Shown: piece after piece, positions 16,645 to 29,224 of the stretch
Layout of the letters: each line of letters begins with the position of its first letter
Numbering within the stretch: position 1 is the stretch's first letter
Assembly: GCA_030141605.1 (NCBI GenBank)
Contig: JAQGDQ010000044.1
Coordinates: forward strand, 310,001 to 374,000
DNA length: 64,000 bases
DNA from: Tubiluchus corallicola
Taxonomy: Eukaryota; Animalia; Priapulida
Reading direction: 5' to 3'
The notes under the pieces: generated by a model
Seen by the model: the letters and a program-made list of their open reading frames with translations, nothing else
Databases searched by the model: none
Told to the model about the DNA's origin: nothing
Position numbers and translations under genes: made by a program

Positions 16645-17917
16645 TCATACATCTTCAACCTGCAAGATAAGAAACATTTATCAAAATTGCTCGACTGCAA
16701 TGACAAAAAAACTAAATAATTAATCGGAAACAAGACAACAGCTGTTCTACAGTAATACATTTTAGCTGTCATCGAAAACCACCCCCACACTCATATACAC
16801 ATAGCAGTCTAAGCAACAGTAAAACTTTGGCGTTCATTGACCGCTAGATTTTTCCAGGGTGAGGCAAATCTGAACAAGAAATCACCATTACTACCATTAT
16901 GTTTTAAAAGAGACAATTAGCGTGAAAAAAGTGTAGTTTTCTTTTTTTAATTTTGACATGTCGCACGCACAGTCGCACACGTACACCCAAGAAAAGACCA
17001 GGGCTGTCTCTGGACAGAGCACATTTCTGTGCCCACTAAAAATCACCGTCATGCTTCTTATTTTAAATGTTTCTTTTTAATTTTAGTCTAAGTTTTTAAG
17101 ATTTTTTTTTAACCGTATTCTGCTCAAAAAACTTTTTGGCTGCAGTTACGTGTTTCGCGTGTTTCTAGTCATGAATATTTCGAAGGTCACGAGGCTCCCA
17201 TCGGAATATTTTGTGAAACTGGATGAAACCTGGACAACCCAAGATAAAACAGAATCACATATATCTGTTTTCTATCACGCGAGTCATACATCGGCCGCCA
17301 TATTTAATTTCATTAATATGACCAAAACAGCAAAAGCATAGAACTCGGTTATGAATTCACAGTTTCCGCAGTCAAGCAATCTACTACCGTAATCAGGTAT
17401 CAAACATGCACCTCGTGCGATGCCTGTATTGCATTGGAGCAATAAAAGTTTCACATGGTGAAAATCGACCATTTCGTGGCGCACGCGGACGCCCACGCGA
17501 CAAAACGTTTGTTCTTGGGAACACGAATAGGCACGTGTGAACTTGAACATGCATAGATTAACAGTTAGCACTGCCTTTAAGGAAGATCATTATAGATTAT
17601 AAGGTTTTACATATGCATTTGCAATGTTCACAGGAGAACTAATGCAAGAGAGCAATAGCACGTAACGACGAGAACTGCCCAACAGCCTTAGCCTTGCTTC
17701 CTTTTACAAATTGGATCAAACTATTATCGCTGCAGGCACAAGGCAAGTCTGATTCTCAGAAGCAGAATTTTGATTATTATGTCAACACTGGTAATCTTAC
17801 ATGCTGCTTCTTAATCAACAGTGAGCCGCGTGCGCAACAGAAAGAAACCACTCACCTGTCATAACACATTGGCGGATCCAAGTATAGAGAGCTACAAATG
17901 GACGCTTACTTATACGG

Positions 17918-17935
17918 TGGGGGGGGGGGGGGGGG
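17918..17935. repeat. Poly-G tract
   Basis: Run of about 17 G. Confidence 0.85.
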
Positions 17936-18475
17936 TAAGGGAAGTTCGAATTCATATTTAAGTAAACGTTTTCTCAGTTACATCAAAAATGCATCACAAA
18001 ACATTTTTTTTAATTTCGTTGACAGAATTGATTACTAAGCTGTGGTTGCCAGGAGATCCCATGGTCTTTCACCAACTCGCCTCTTTCTGTTTACTTTGTA
18101 GGGCAAACTAACCATATTTAATCAAACCTTCTAGTGAATAGTATGAGGCAAACAATAAAATTTAGTTTAAATTGAACTGAATTAGCTATTTTAAATGTTT
18201 ATGTACACACGTATGTTAGTATTAAAACTTTTTTCTAGCAAGTTCTTAATGTTAGGTGATCTAGGTAGGCAGATATCGACTGTGATAACTAAAAAAAATT
18301 CAAACGCATTATTTTGTACCTCAAAGAGTATTCTAATGGTACTGCTATGTGTACGGCTTTTTATATAAGCGTACGCAAGGGTCCTAGAATATTCATTGCA
18401 AGTTTGATTACGGATTGTTGCAAATGTGCTGTGTCGATATCGAACCAGGTGAAAAAGTTGCTGCTGAAAAGGCAC

Positions 18476-18722
18476 AGCTAAAAAAGTAAAAAAAATCACA
18501 GGTAAAAAGTCACAAAACGTCGCAGATAAAAGGCACGGGGGAAAAAAGTAAATGACCCTAACCTCAACTTTAACCCTGTTGAAAAGGGAAGATAAAATGA
18601 ATCTGAATCTGAATTTAACCCTAACCCGTAACCCTAGCTAAAATTAATTGTGAATTTTTTCCTGTGATTCTTTTCTAGCCAAAATTGTAACTTTTTCCGT
18701 GACTTTTTTCATGTGATTTTAC
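18476..18722. mobile_element. Small MITE-like element with internal TAACCC-like repeats
   Basis: aaaaagtcac/aaaaatcacag at the left mirror gtgacttttt/ctgtgatt at the right. The centre has aaccctaacccgtaacccta. Confidence 0.5.
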
Positions 18723-21700
18723 CATAGATCACCTGTAGTTTCGCGTTAGATCATTTTATTCAAATGTTTAGACCTTAACAATTACAGTCTGGGTGCCTCA
18801 GCTTAGTTTCCTTAGTCATAAGTCATTTAATTTCGCACAACACATTTACAACAATCTTTATAAACAACAATACTGTGAGTAGACCTAAAATGAACATAGT
18901 ACAATTTTTTTACTGTTTGAGAATAGAAAATGTCCAACGTCTGTCTATATATAAGTGCCAATACACTGACGGACAACGTAAAAGCAAGGCTTGTTAGCTT
19001 GTTCAGAGGTCTCCCAACCTATGAAAGTAAAAGAAACAATGAATAAAATTATGAGATGATAAAGAAAAAGAATTCGGAATGAAGTTATGCACTGAATGAA
19101 ACTCATATACGAGATAATGTAAAAGACAGAAAGACTGTTATTTGTAAAAAGATTTGCTTAATATTAGGCATGCACATTATAAAAAGTTTAGCTATTTTGG
19201 TTCTACAGTAAGAAACAATGCATTGATTACATCTTGTGTTATGTTTCCTAGATGCTCATGTGCATGGATTTGCAAAAAACTTAGAAAGTAGTTTATTATT
19301 GTATTTATAATTTTACTTAATTTATTTTAATTTATTTTAACAGATTTAATTTAATTAAATCATCTAATTGCATGTTACATTCACGGTGATGATGTAAAAG
19401 TAATTTAGAACGTTTAAATGTGTTATTAGTAGTGGCATGGATCCGCCTTTTTGCCACACCTGAAATCAGAGTACGTTAAATTAGTTCTGCACATAGCCAC
19501 GAGGTAGCTCGTAATAAAGAAGCAATAAGCACGCGATTTCACTGTGTAAACTCATGAAATGTGCAGGATAATTATAATGTCCAATCAAACTAATTTCCGG
19601 CAAGGAATAATATGTACCAGGAAGCCAAGTTTTACGAGCGCAGAACAAATGAAGCTGTTCAGCATCCCTAGAAACAGCGCTGAAATCCCGGAACCGGATG
19701 TCATCATTCCTTATTAATTATTTTCACGCCTTTTTAGTTAAAAATGGGATAATATTCAAAACAAAACGTGAGTCACGAGACTCTGAAATTATAATTATAA
19801 TTTTAAGAATTCAGTGAAATTCCAAAATTTAGACTTAAACCCAAGTTATCGTAAGTTATACATGTATTTCAAGAGCAGCAATTGTCAATCCTAAGCATTA
19901 ACTACCTTATTAAATAAGCTTATTGTAATTATTTAAATATAAAATTTTAGTATGCACCGTGTGTTTGTTAATTTCAATTAAGAGTGGTTCCTAAGTGAGA
20001 CCAATTATGAGGTCTATACATACTATTAAAGGCTACGATCACTAAGGCCCCTTATATTTTAGTCCAGTAAGCATGGGTGGTTTTGTGCATATGAGGCACT
20101 AACTGAACGCAGAAAAGCTAAAAAAGCACATAATAAAATCACCTGGTAACTGCCTGTTTTATCAGATAATAAAAACAATAAACGACATCACATTGGCTGA
20201 AATGCATTAGAAAGAAAATCAGTAAAACAGGCGCTGAAACTGTGATGCATAAACGAGAGTGTCAGGTGAGTTTGGTGGAAAAATGTTTAAAAATTTTACT
20301 TCGAACACGCAATTTATACGATACAAAATAAACATTTCTCAACATCTGTAAAATCAGCGCTGGGTTGACAAGATTTTGAATGTAGTATAAAATTATTAAG
20401 TTAAATCTAATAAAAAAGAAAAACGACAAATTTAGAAGGATTGCATGAAACGTATTTATATTAAAACAAAACCACAAGTCGTTTGAACAGTTATTCGGTA
20501 TTATTCTCAGTTATACATGTTTTCATATTGCGTGGTTAGCAAAAGCAGAAAGGAATGACATGGTTGTGACAGTTCAGTTGTGATGTGTACTTGTAATTCA
20601 GAATTAAAACAATGATAAACTGTAAAATAAAATTTTATCTTTCGAAATGGAAAAAAACTTGCAGTAAGATTTATTTACAGATAATGCTAGGACATCAGCT
20701 TTACATTGTGTAAAAGGTGATGTTAGATTAAAAATACAAAGACGACTATTCTGTTTTCAGTAAAGTATAATGAAGTATTATAACATTTGAAAGTATTATT
20801 ATGATATTACATAATCAATCACCATCATCGTATGGCAGTGTGCGGCTCAGGCTGCTCAGTAGCTACTAGCCAGAATCTCAGTGCCAATCCATGTCGTCCT
20901 ATCGTAAACAGACACAGAAATTGACGCACATATTCCGGAAGATTCTACTTTCATTCAATTTGAAAAAAACGGTGTGGGGCTCTCTTCCTCTGAGGCCTTA
21001 AGCACGTCGTTATTTTTCTTATGCCTCATTTTGAATATGAATATAAAATATTTTGGACATTCATTTTAACCCAGAATGCTTTATGAGAATTAATCAGAAT
21101 GACAATTTGTTCTGTGTTTGAAATTTATTATAAATTTCAATTTTTTAACTTGGATTTTGGAAACTAAATCTGGTACCCACAAATTATCAAGAAAGAAACA
21201 TCAATTGCGAATAAAATACATAATGAAGGAAAAAGAAAAGAAAAAGTTTACTCGTAGTATGTGCAGTATGAAATTCCTGATGGGTAATTCATAAGAGTGA
21301 GGAACGCTCTATTCACTGAACACCACAATCGAGCCGCAAATGTACGGGCAAACTCATCACAAGCTTCGAAACCGTGAACCACTAGGTCATCACAATAAAA
21401 CTTTGAATTCATCTAATTGCGAAGCCATCACATCAGTGAGTGACACAAGGCATACAAATAATGAGCGTGATGACGCATGCCAGCAGCAGGGAGGACAGCC
21501 TATCAGTATTCAGCATCAAAAACCAAGTCAAGTAATTCACCACATGATGGGAAAACAACCTTTCCATTTCGAAACTCAAACAAAAACGAGTTCCTTCATG
21601 TTTTCCGATCACGTGACCACTCTCAGCTTGTTTGTGTAGTTAACGAAGAACAGGCAGACGGCAAAAGTAAAACAGTGCATACTGACTCCGTGACTCGCTT

Positions 21701-21778
21701 TAGACTTAAATTAAGATGGTAAAACGTACACCCTTTGCTTAGCTGCACTGTTATATACACAAATGTTACTCAAGACGC

Positions 21779-21925
21779 TTAAAGAAAAACAGGACGATTT
21801 TTCATATGGTACCCCATTTTGAAGTACGGTTAAAGTATACATTGTAACACATATAACAATGCCAAAGCGTTTCTGCTAATTAAATATAGATTGAAAATTT
21901 AATTAACGGCGGGTGAGCCCAAACA
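21779..21925 (+). mobile_element. Dispersed repeat, Kolobok-like MITE end (second copy at 56533)
   Basis: ttaaag..aaacaggacgatttttcatat...aattaaat..atagattgaaaatttaattaa is shared with 56533-56675, and both copies begin at TTAA. Confidence 0.6.
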
Positions 21926-22089
21926 TTCCATATGAGCGTATTTGCAAAAATAGTATTGTTCCCTTTCAATATTCTACAGAGTAAATTGTTATGAGTTAGA
22001 GTTTAACATTGGTCCAGTTTTCCTTTAAAACTTACTATTACGTTCAGCTGCCTTTTGGTCTACATGCACCTATTTCATTGAAATAGTCG

Positions 22090-22900
22090 CCTCTTGTCCA
22101 TCCTTTTAATATTCGCCATCAATTAATGCTACTATAATGAGGCTGCGTCTGCTGAGATGACCATGAACATCGAGTAAAGGCCGGATATATAGGCATACTT
22201 CCAATTCGATGGCGGGCAACGAAGCAGCCCTGATATAAAAGGGATTTAGGCACCGGACGGATGGATAAACACACACTATTGTCCCCAAACCGTGTATTAA
22301 GTTTCTGACTCTTGTGTTAAACACTCACATCTTCGCGAAGTTTCTTTTCTAAATCGTAATGAGAAAATGGTTTTAATGCTGGCACTAGCATAGACTGGTG
22401 TCATGACATTTTAATGTCCACTTGCAATTTTGAAGTTCTCACTCATATCCTATCGGATATCTAGTAACTCGTTCAATCTACAGCCAAAGAGAAAGACTGA
22501 AATTGAACCGTATTAAGACGTGTGCTGGCAGTATTGCTCGGTCAGTTTACAGTCACTTGCCTGCTCTGATATAGTCTTGGGCGCCTCACTGCCAGAACCT
22601 ACTCCGAATATCTGCTCACACTCGTGTCGGCATTAATTACGTGCTTACAACGTTACAATTTTAAAAATTTAACAACCTAATTCTGAAGCCGATGTCAATG
22701 ACAAATGCCCACATCAAATCCTCAAAAAATCATTATATTTGGCCTATCAATGCTTTCTCCAGAGTTCCCTTCTTCTTCAGATTCATCATCACCACCACTA
22801 CAATCGTCATTGCCACAGCCATCTCCACAGTCAGCATTGTTCTCGACTTGTCGCAATCGCCGTCGACAGCAGCACTATCGGCTTGTCTTGACAGTGAACG
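22090..22900 (-). pseudogene. Highly degenerate hAT-like transposase relic
   Basis: Across frameshifts and stops, the minus strand gives an acidic tract (DDESEEEG), then CH*HRLQN*VV (CxxHxLQ-like), TR../IER-LLDIR, LKPF and PFYIRAASL, in the order expected for hAT transposases. Confidence 0.4.
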
Positions 22901-23679
22901 TACTTGAACATCAGTGTGCAATATTTCTGTAAAGTTTTTTTGCCTATTTTATTTGTGGACCATTTCGGAAATAACTAATATGTTTGCAATTGTTAGTTAA
23001 AGTGCTATACACGTTAAATAAATAATTAATAATAATAATAATAATAATAACTTTAGGCATAATTCGATTCATTAGGCCTACAGATTTAATGCGTAATCAG
23101 AAAAAAGTTAGTTTGTTACATTTAGCTATAGATGTATATGCATCACTATTCCAGTAATGGACATTGTGGCATGGCCCTTTCTGGGCTGGTCTTATTTATG
23201 CTTTGCACTAAGTAATTACCAATATTACTACAAAACTGTGACCAACGGACCCACTCACTCGTTTCACCTCTGATTTCTAAAATGTCGCCATTTTGTTTCG
23301 CGGGATTCGGATGTTTTTCTCATCTTTAAACAACCTTCTGAATCAAGCAAGTTTCTTGGTAAACTTAAAATCTTTATCCCGTTTTACTAGAATTCTCAAC
23401 AGAAGGGATCATTCCATATTAGTCACACAGTGAGGAATAAACTAATGAAGCAAATGCTTTCCATAGCCTAGCCTGCAGTAAAAACATGCTCGCCAAGCTG
23501 GTCGAAGTTGCATGCCTGCTGTTTAATAACCTTCATATCATCTGCACAATTATTGATAATAAAAATAATCATGATTCGGTAAGATATGTAATATATTAGA
23601 CTCGATCTCTGCTCGCGCGTTCTCTCTCGTCTTGTTTCTTCTCTCCTTTTTCTCCTTAAAGTTGCCTACATAAATGACT

Positions 23680-23990
23680 ATAAATGAATGAATGAATAAA
23701 TGAAGACTTGAATGAACGAACAAATGATTAACTGATTTAGTGAGTAGCACGACGAGTGAGCAAGTGAGTGATTAAGCAGAGGAGTGAGTGAACAAATTGA
23801 AACGCAAGCACATGAATAAGTGAGCAAATAAACGAAAAGTGAGCAACAAGCAAAGTGAATAGATGAGCGAAAATGGCACAAATAAATAACAGCTAAACAA
23901 GTGAGTGAGAAAACAAATAAGTGAGTGAGTGACTAAATGAGTAAACGAATGATAAGGAGGTGAGCAAGTGGCACAAGTACGCATGTGTGA
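23680..23990. repeat. Degenerate GAAT/GAGT tetranucleotide low-complexity tract
   Basis: Repeated aatg/agtg/gtga units. Confidence 0.8.
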
Positions 23991-24487
23991 GTGTGGTAAA
24001 TGTTGTTGGAAACAATATTCTCACTGCCACTAGACGATTTTACTGCACGTATTCGTCTTCACCATTGGCCATAAATGACAGCATTACAAGAAAGGTAACA
24101 GGATCATTTATATATGGGGTGGCAGAACTGCTCAATGACATATTCATAAATTGTATGTTTACTTTTCATATCATAGTACAATTATAGTAACCTGATGGTA
24201 CTGGTATTGTTTTGCATTATGCAATCAACGTATTTTATATTTTTGCCTGTGTAACTTTTATTGTGTTTTACGCCTGTCAATTGTGCTTTTTAATGATCAG
24301 TCTTGTGTAATTATGTTTTGTGTCTGGTGCGTATGCAAAATTATGTATATGTAAATATTTTTAGTAGACTATTGTAATTTTTATAGTATATCTTATATTT
24401 TTTAATTGTAATGCTATGTACGAAATAAATTTAAAAAACTGAATAATTTGCATGAATCACAAACTTGCACGCAATCAACAAACAGTT

Positions 24488-24600
24488 TTCATGAACACTG
24501 CCTGCAAATGAACATCAATCATGAACACTGCATACAAATGAACATCAATCATGAACACTGCATGCAAATGAACATCATGAACATTGCATGTACGTGAACA
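24488..24600. repeat. 30-bp tandem repeat, ~3 copies
   Basis: catgaacactgc(c/a)t(g/a)caaatgaacatcaat repeated. Confidence 0.85.
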
Positions 24601-25889
24601 TGCATTTGCGTCAGGCATCACATTTTTGAAATCTTGTCCGAAGAATGAACTTGGAATATTCAGATCAAAACTAAACACCGCAAAGCTGTATATCGGTTTT
24701 ATAAAAGCACCAAAATATTTATTGGTTGTATATACACATTTCACCTAACACTATATTTATAATATTAACAAAATATATTCTTAACATTCAATAATGTTAG
24801 TTTATATATTACAATTTATTACATAATCAAATATACATATACAAATAAAATATATTATACATCGTAATTATTATAACAAGATTTTGGAAGAGACTTCATA
24901 TTGATTATCTAATATCTTATGACATAATTAACTACACTTTCACCAAGTTAAGGATAAATATACATTTAGGAACATGTGTTTAAAACCTAGTTATTGTTGG
25001 AAGTTTTATAAATACTAAATACTAAGAATTTATCACAAAATCGAGAGAATTAACACGAACTCATCATTATAATAAAACTACGATACACTGGATGCAACAA
25101 TATTACTACATACAGAAAAAATATTCAAAATAATTACTTTATTTATTTGTTGCATGAAATTCTGAACTCAATTTAATTTCCTACTTTGTGAAGTTTGTGT
25201 GCAATTTGCAACAATTTAAATGAAAACATACAGCAAGATTCCAAGCATGCAAGATGAAGATCTACCAATAATGGCATTAGCAACGAGTATCATCAGAAAA
25301 TGCACTGTTCATTTTACCATATATTATGCACCTTAAAGTTAAAGTTAAAATGTCATGAGCGAACAAAATAATACAATACATTTTGCAGTTTACCAGATAA
25401 ATAATAAAATAACATAATTGCAGCAATGAGAACATAGGTTAGCATATTAACAAACAAAATGTACACGTGTCACACAGACACATGTAAGAATGGACTATTA
25501 GGTTCAGAACAGACCCTTTACAGCAACCAACATAGTTAATAAGTTATTACTCACAGTGTAAAGACATAGATGCGGTTTGTGCGACAATGACGACAATTCA
25601 ATTGTGCCCTTTTCTGGTTCCGGTTTTTCCATGTCATTTCCACAGCCAAAGCTGCCATCACAACAGCACTAGCAAACTAAATGTGCACAGACCTTAAATC
25701 AGACGATTGCTCAATTACTACAACATAAATAGATCATCCAAAAACTTAGGTGTTGCTTTGCTACACATAATTCCACTCGCTGCTCAATAAGAATGCTTGT
25801 TAAAATTGAGAATGCTTATTAAAATTTATTTACCCATATTTTAGAATATATTCAAACTCAGGACACTAGTCTAGAACGTAATGTACTGG

Positions 25890-26705
25890 TCGTAAGGTTT
25901 GTTCAAAATTTTGGGAGATTAGATAACCTATAAGCTTTTGGAAAGTTAAGGATCTGCCTTAACCTAAAAATTATCTTTCCATTTTTTCAAAATCAGCAGC
26001 AGCAGCCATCTTGGATTCTCAAAACGGCAATTACAAAACGATTCTTTATTATATCTTCACTGCAAGGTCAGTTAATTCTCCAGTTCTAGTGGATAACTCT
26101 TTCCTTGTGAACAGGACAAAGTAATTTATATACAAGGCAAAAGGGGCTGAAATGGTGCGGGCAGGGTGGGGCTGTATTGGTTAGGAGGGTCAAGCAAACA
26201 TTTGTCAGCAAGTGCTGTTGGATCCATTACAGAATGGCTACTACAAAGGATGTCTGAGATCCACCGCCACTGATGTTACTCCTGCACCAATAGCTATAAT
26301 TGAGATGGTGAGATGTTGGTGCAAAGGAGATTACTCTTTGCAAAGATATTCCTGCAGATTTGTTGTCATATCGTTCCTGTAAAATAATTTGCTATACCGA
26401 ATAACAGCAATAATCTTACTTCATGCTAAGGCTTTTCTGATTGTACATAGTGTATCTGTCTTTCTGACTACCTAAAATTATTGATGTTCTGACACCAAAT
26501 GAAATCATTTATCCAGCACTACCCAACTTAGAAACAGAGGTAAGAGTGAAATTTGGACATTGACAATGGCCATTCTGAATTTCAAGACGGCTGCTATACA
26601 GATTTTGAAAAAATGGAAACAGATTTTTAAACTCACTATTACTTAACGAGTTAAAAAAATATATAGTTTTTCAAGTCTCCAAAAAATTGAAGGAAATACT
26701 TAAGG
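25890..26705. mobile_element. Internally deleted DNA transposon with long inverted arms and a Cys-cluster coding remnant
   Basis: 25975-26032 (tttccattttttcaaaatc...gcagccatcttg) is the inverse of 26565-26620, and 25900-25935 is the inverse of 26660-26695. The plus strand at 26212-26358 reads LLDPLQNGYYKGCLRSTATDVTPAPIAIIEMVRCWCKGDYSLQRYSCR. Confidence 0.6.
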
Positions 26706-28863
26706 AACTGGACAATTAGTTAATTTACGTTTTCAGACAATTTCAATTCATTGAAAAGTATTTCCAGGAATAAAGATCATAAGGAGTAAAACACTCAGGG
26801 TTACAATACCAGGAGTTTGTTGATTACTTAATATGTATTAAAAAACAGGAGTCAATAAACAATTCGCCACTTGCTTTTTTTAATACAAAGGGCAAAGGCA
26901 GACTTAAATTAGCATTTTAGTCAAGAATTTTCTCCTAATGATATTTAATCTAGTTTATCAAACTTAACTATAGTTTTTCAATCATCGAGTATGCTGACAT
27001 TTAAAATGTCAGTTGCTCTATTCGAAAACGACAGCTACAACTGTAAACTTTACAATTACAGGATCTAACGTGTTTGACACAAGACAAACAGCTTTGCTGC
27101 AATGTGTGAAGGCTATAGGTCCACACTACTTACACAATGATTACACCACTGTAGTATTCTCTGAGCGGAAAATTGAAAGCTGCAGAACTATATTGATACA
27201 TTGTATACAGCTCTACACCTTAATCAGAAGTGGATGCTGCAAAACAATACTACTTGGTACAACTGTACAGCTTTGCTACTACTAGCACATACAGCTCGGC
27301 AGAAAAGAGCTGGTAACTACTAACTACAACACAATATTACTTATATATTACCTTTACTAATTGTGTATTACTGATATGGGATAAAGCAATCCAAATGCTT
27401 ATTGACATTGTTCACTAATATGTACAATAACAAACAGACAAAACACTACATACAGAAAAAATTCATTGCTAATGTCACAAAAAGAGTATCACTAACTTTA
27501 AACATTCTTACATTTACCAGATCTATATTCAAGTTTAAAATTCAAATTTTCCAAATATTCATCGCCCATGATTCGTAATTTTCAAGTATTCAGCAAGATA
27601 TACGATTGCAACCATCATATTCATAGCAGCAGCATCACAATGAATAAGTTCCTCAACACTTCAACAGACAAGGGCACTGCAAATATGGAATTTAAAGTTA
27701 GGCTGTATGAGTGATCACACATCCTTATTTTGGTGCGGCTGGCATACCATGCGCAGCTCACACCTGTCATCTGAGTATCAACAAAGTATTCTTTTCAAAA
27801 GGACACAAGTCTTTTATGTGTGAGGCCAGTAATCAATAGTTTGATTAAAAAACATTTAATCTGGAAGGAAACAAACTCTACCCGGCTGTTTGACTTCAAA
27901 AATCCGTTTAAGTTAAGCACTAACTGTAACTTTTAACAAAATTTCAATCTGTTCTGTACTGCTGATGAATCTCTGTATGCATCAGCTTAATTCATGACTG
28001 GTTTTATAATTTATCCAGTAGCAAAAAAACAAAAATGCAAATTATTACTTTAATCAAGATATTAGTTTAAGAATATGCGAGTATCGTCATTTGTAGTTTT
28101 TTAAACATATGATGTTCTGGTCGTTGTGATCATCACACATTAACAGCACTAGCGAGGTTTTAAGAACTGCAACACATAGCCACTAGAATACCTGACAAAC
28201 AAAATGTGAAAGATACTGGTAGTCTTAGAAGCAGGGAATTAGAAAAGTATATTCAAGCTTTTTAAGCAGTGCCAAAAAGTGGCTCCAACCATAGATAATT
28301 ATCCTACGTATCCTTCAAAAGATGACTCAGAAACTATTTTCTTGGAGCAACAACGACAGCTGCATGAGGTGATAAAAGAAGTTGCAGAGGGCCACCAGAA
28401 GAGTTTCCACAACAAATGACAACATAATAAACAGCATACTGTATCTTACAAATTGATGATTTCTCATTATCACAGAAAATATGCACCACATATCACATAA
28501 GAGACATCTGCTAGCAGGACTAACTATAAAATGTTTCTGGTGAAAGCAGCAAGAGCAAAGAAGGGCAAATGCAGTTAGGGAGCCTTTAAAAAATGGAATT
28601 TGGATATTTTTAAAATTCCAATTAATCGGTGAAGTTTGCTTTCTAAATTTAACGAAAGTGGTTTCGTTCGATATTAAAGCTAAGGTCATGAATAAAATGA
28701 ATTACTCAGTTGTAGCTATATATAAAAAATAAATGCCTTCCGACAAAATTGCAATAACAAGAGAATATTCACTGTTCAAAACTGAGAAAATCTAAACTTA
28801 AGCTTCATACAAAGATTAAGTGCTAAGCTTTCATTGGTTTTTGACGAACTTGTTTCTTATCTG

Positions 28864-29148
28864 GTCAATACTCAACATGTTATATCTATTTACCACAAAT
28901 TATGCTTTTAAAATCAATACATTTCTTGAAGCAAATTCTGCAGGTTATGTGTTCAATATTCAATATGTTACATGCTATTTACCACAAATCATGCTTCTGA
29001 AATCAAATGCTTTTATAGGAGCATATTTTGCAGCAAAATTTTGCAGGTAACTTGTTCGATGTTCAACATGTTACGTACTATTTACTACAAATCATGCTTC
29101 CAAAATAAGTCCCATTTTTTGCATTTCTGGGGCTGCAAATTTTACAGC
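28864..29148. repeat. ~90-110-bp degenerate tandem repeat x3 in the putative MFSD12 3' UTR
   Basis: tcaa(c/t)atgtta..(t/g)ctatttac(c/t)acaaat(c/t)atgctt occurs three times. Confidence 0.8.
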
Positions 29149-29224
29149 AAAACTAAACTTGTTCTCAGTGACCACCTTGATCGAGTGAGTTAGTGCTGCT
29201 TCATCACTGCTTCAGGTAGAACGG

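Noticed and set aside
18556-18640. Interstitial telomere
   Set aside because: Only a few imperfect TAACCC units, inside a MITE-like element.
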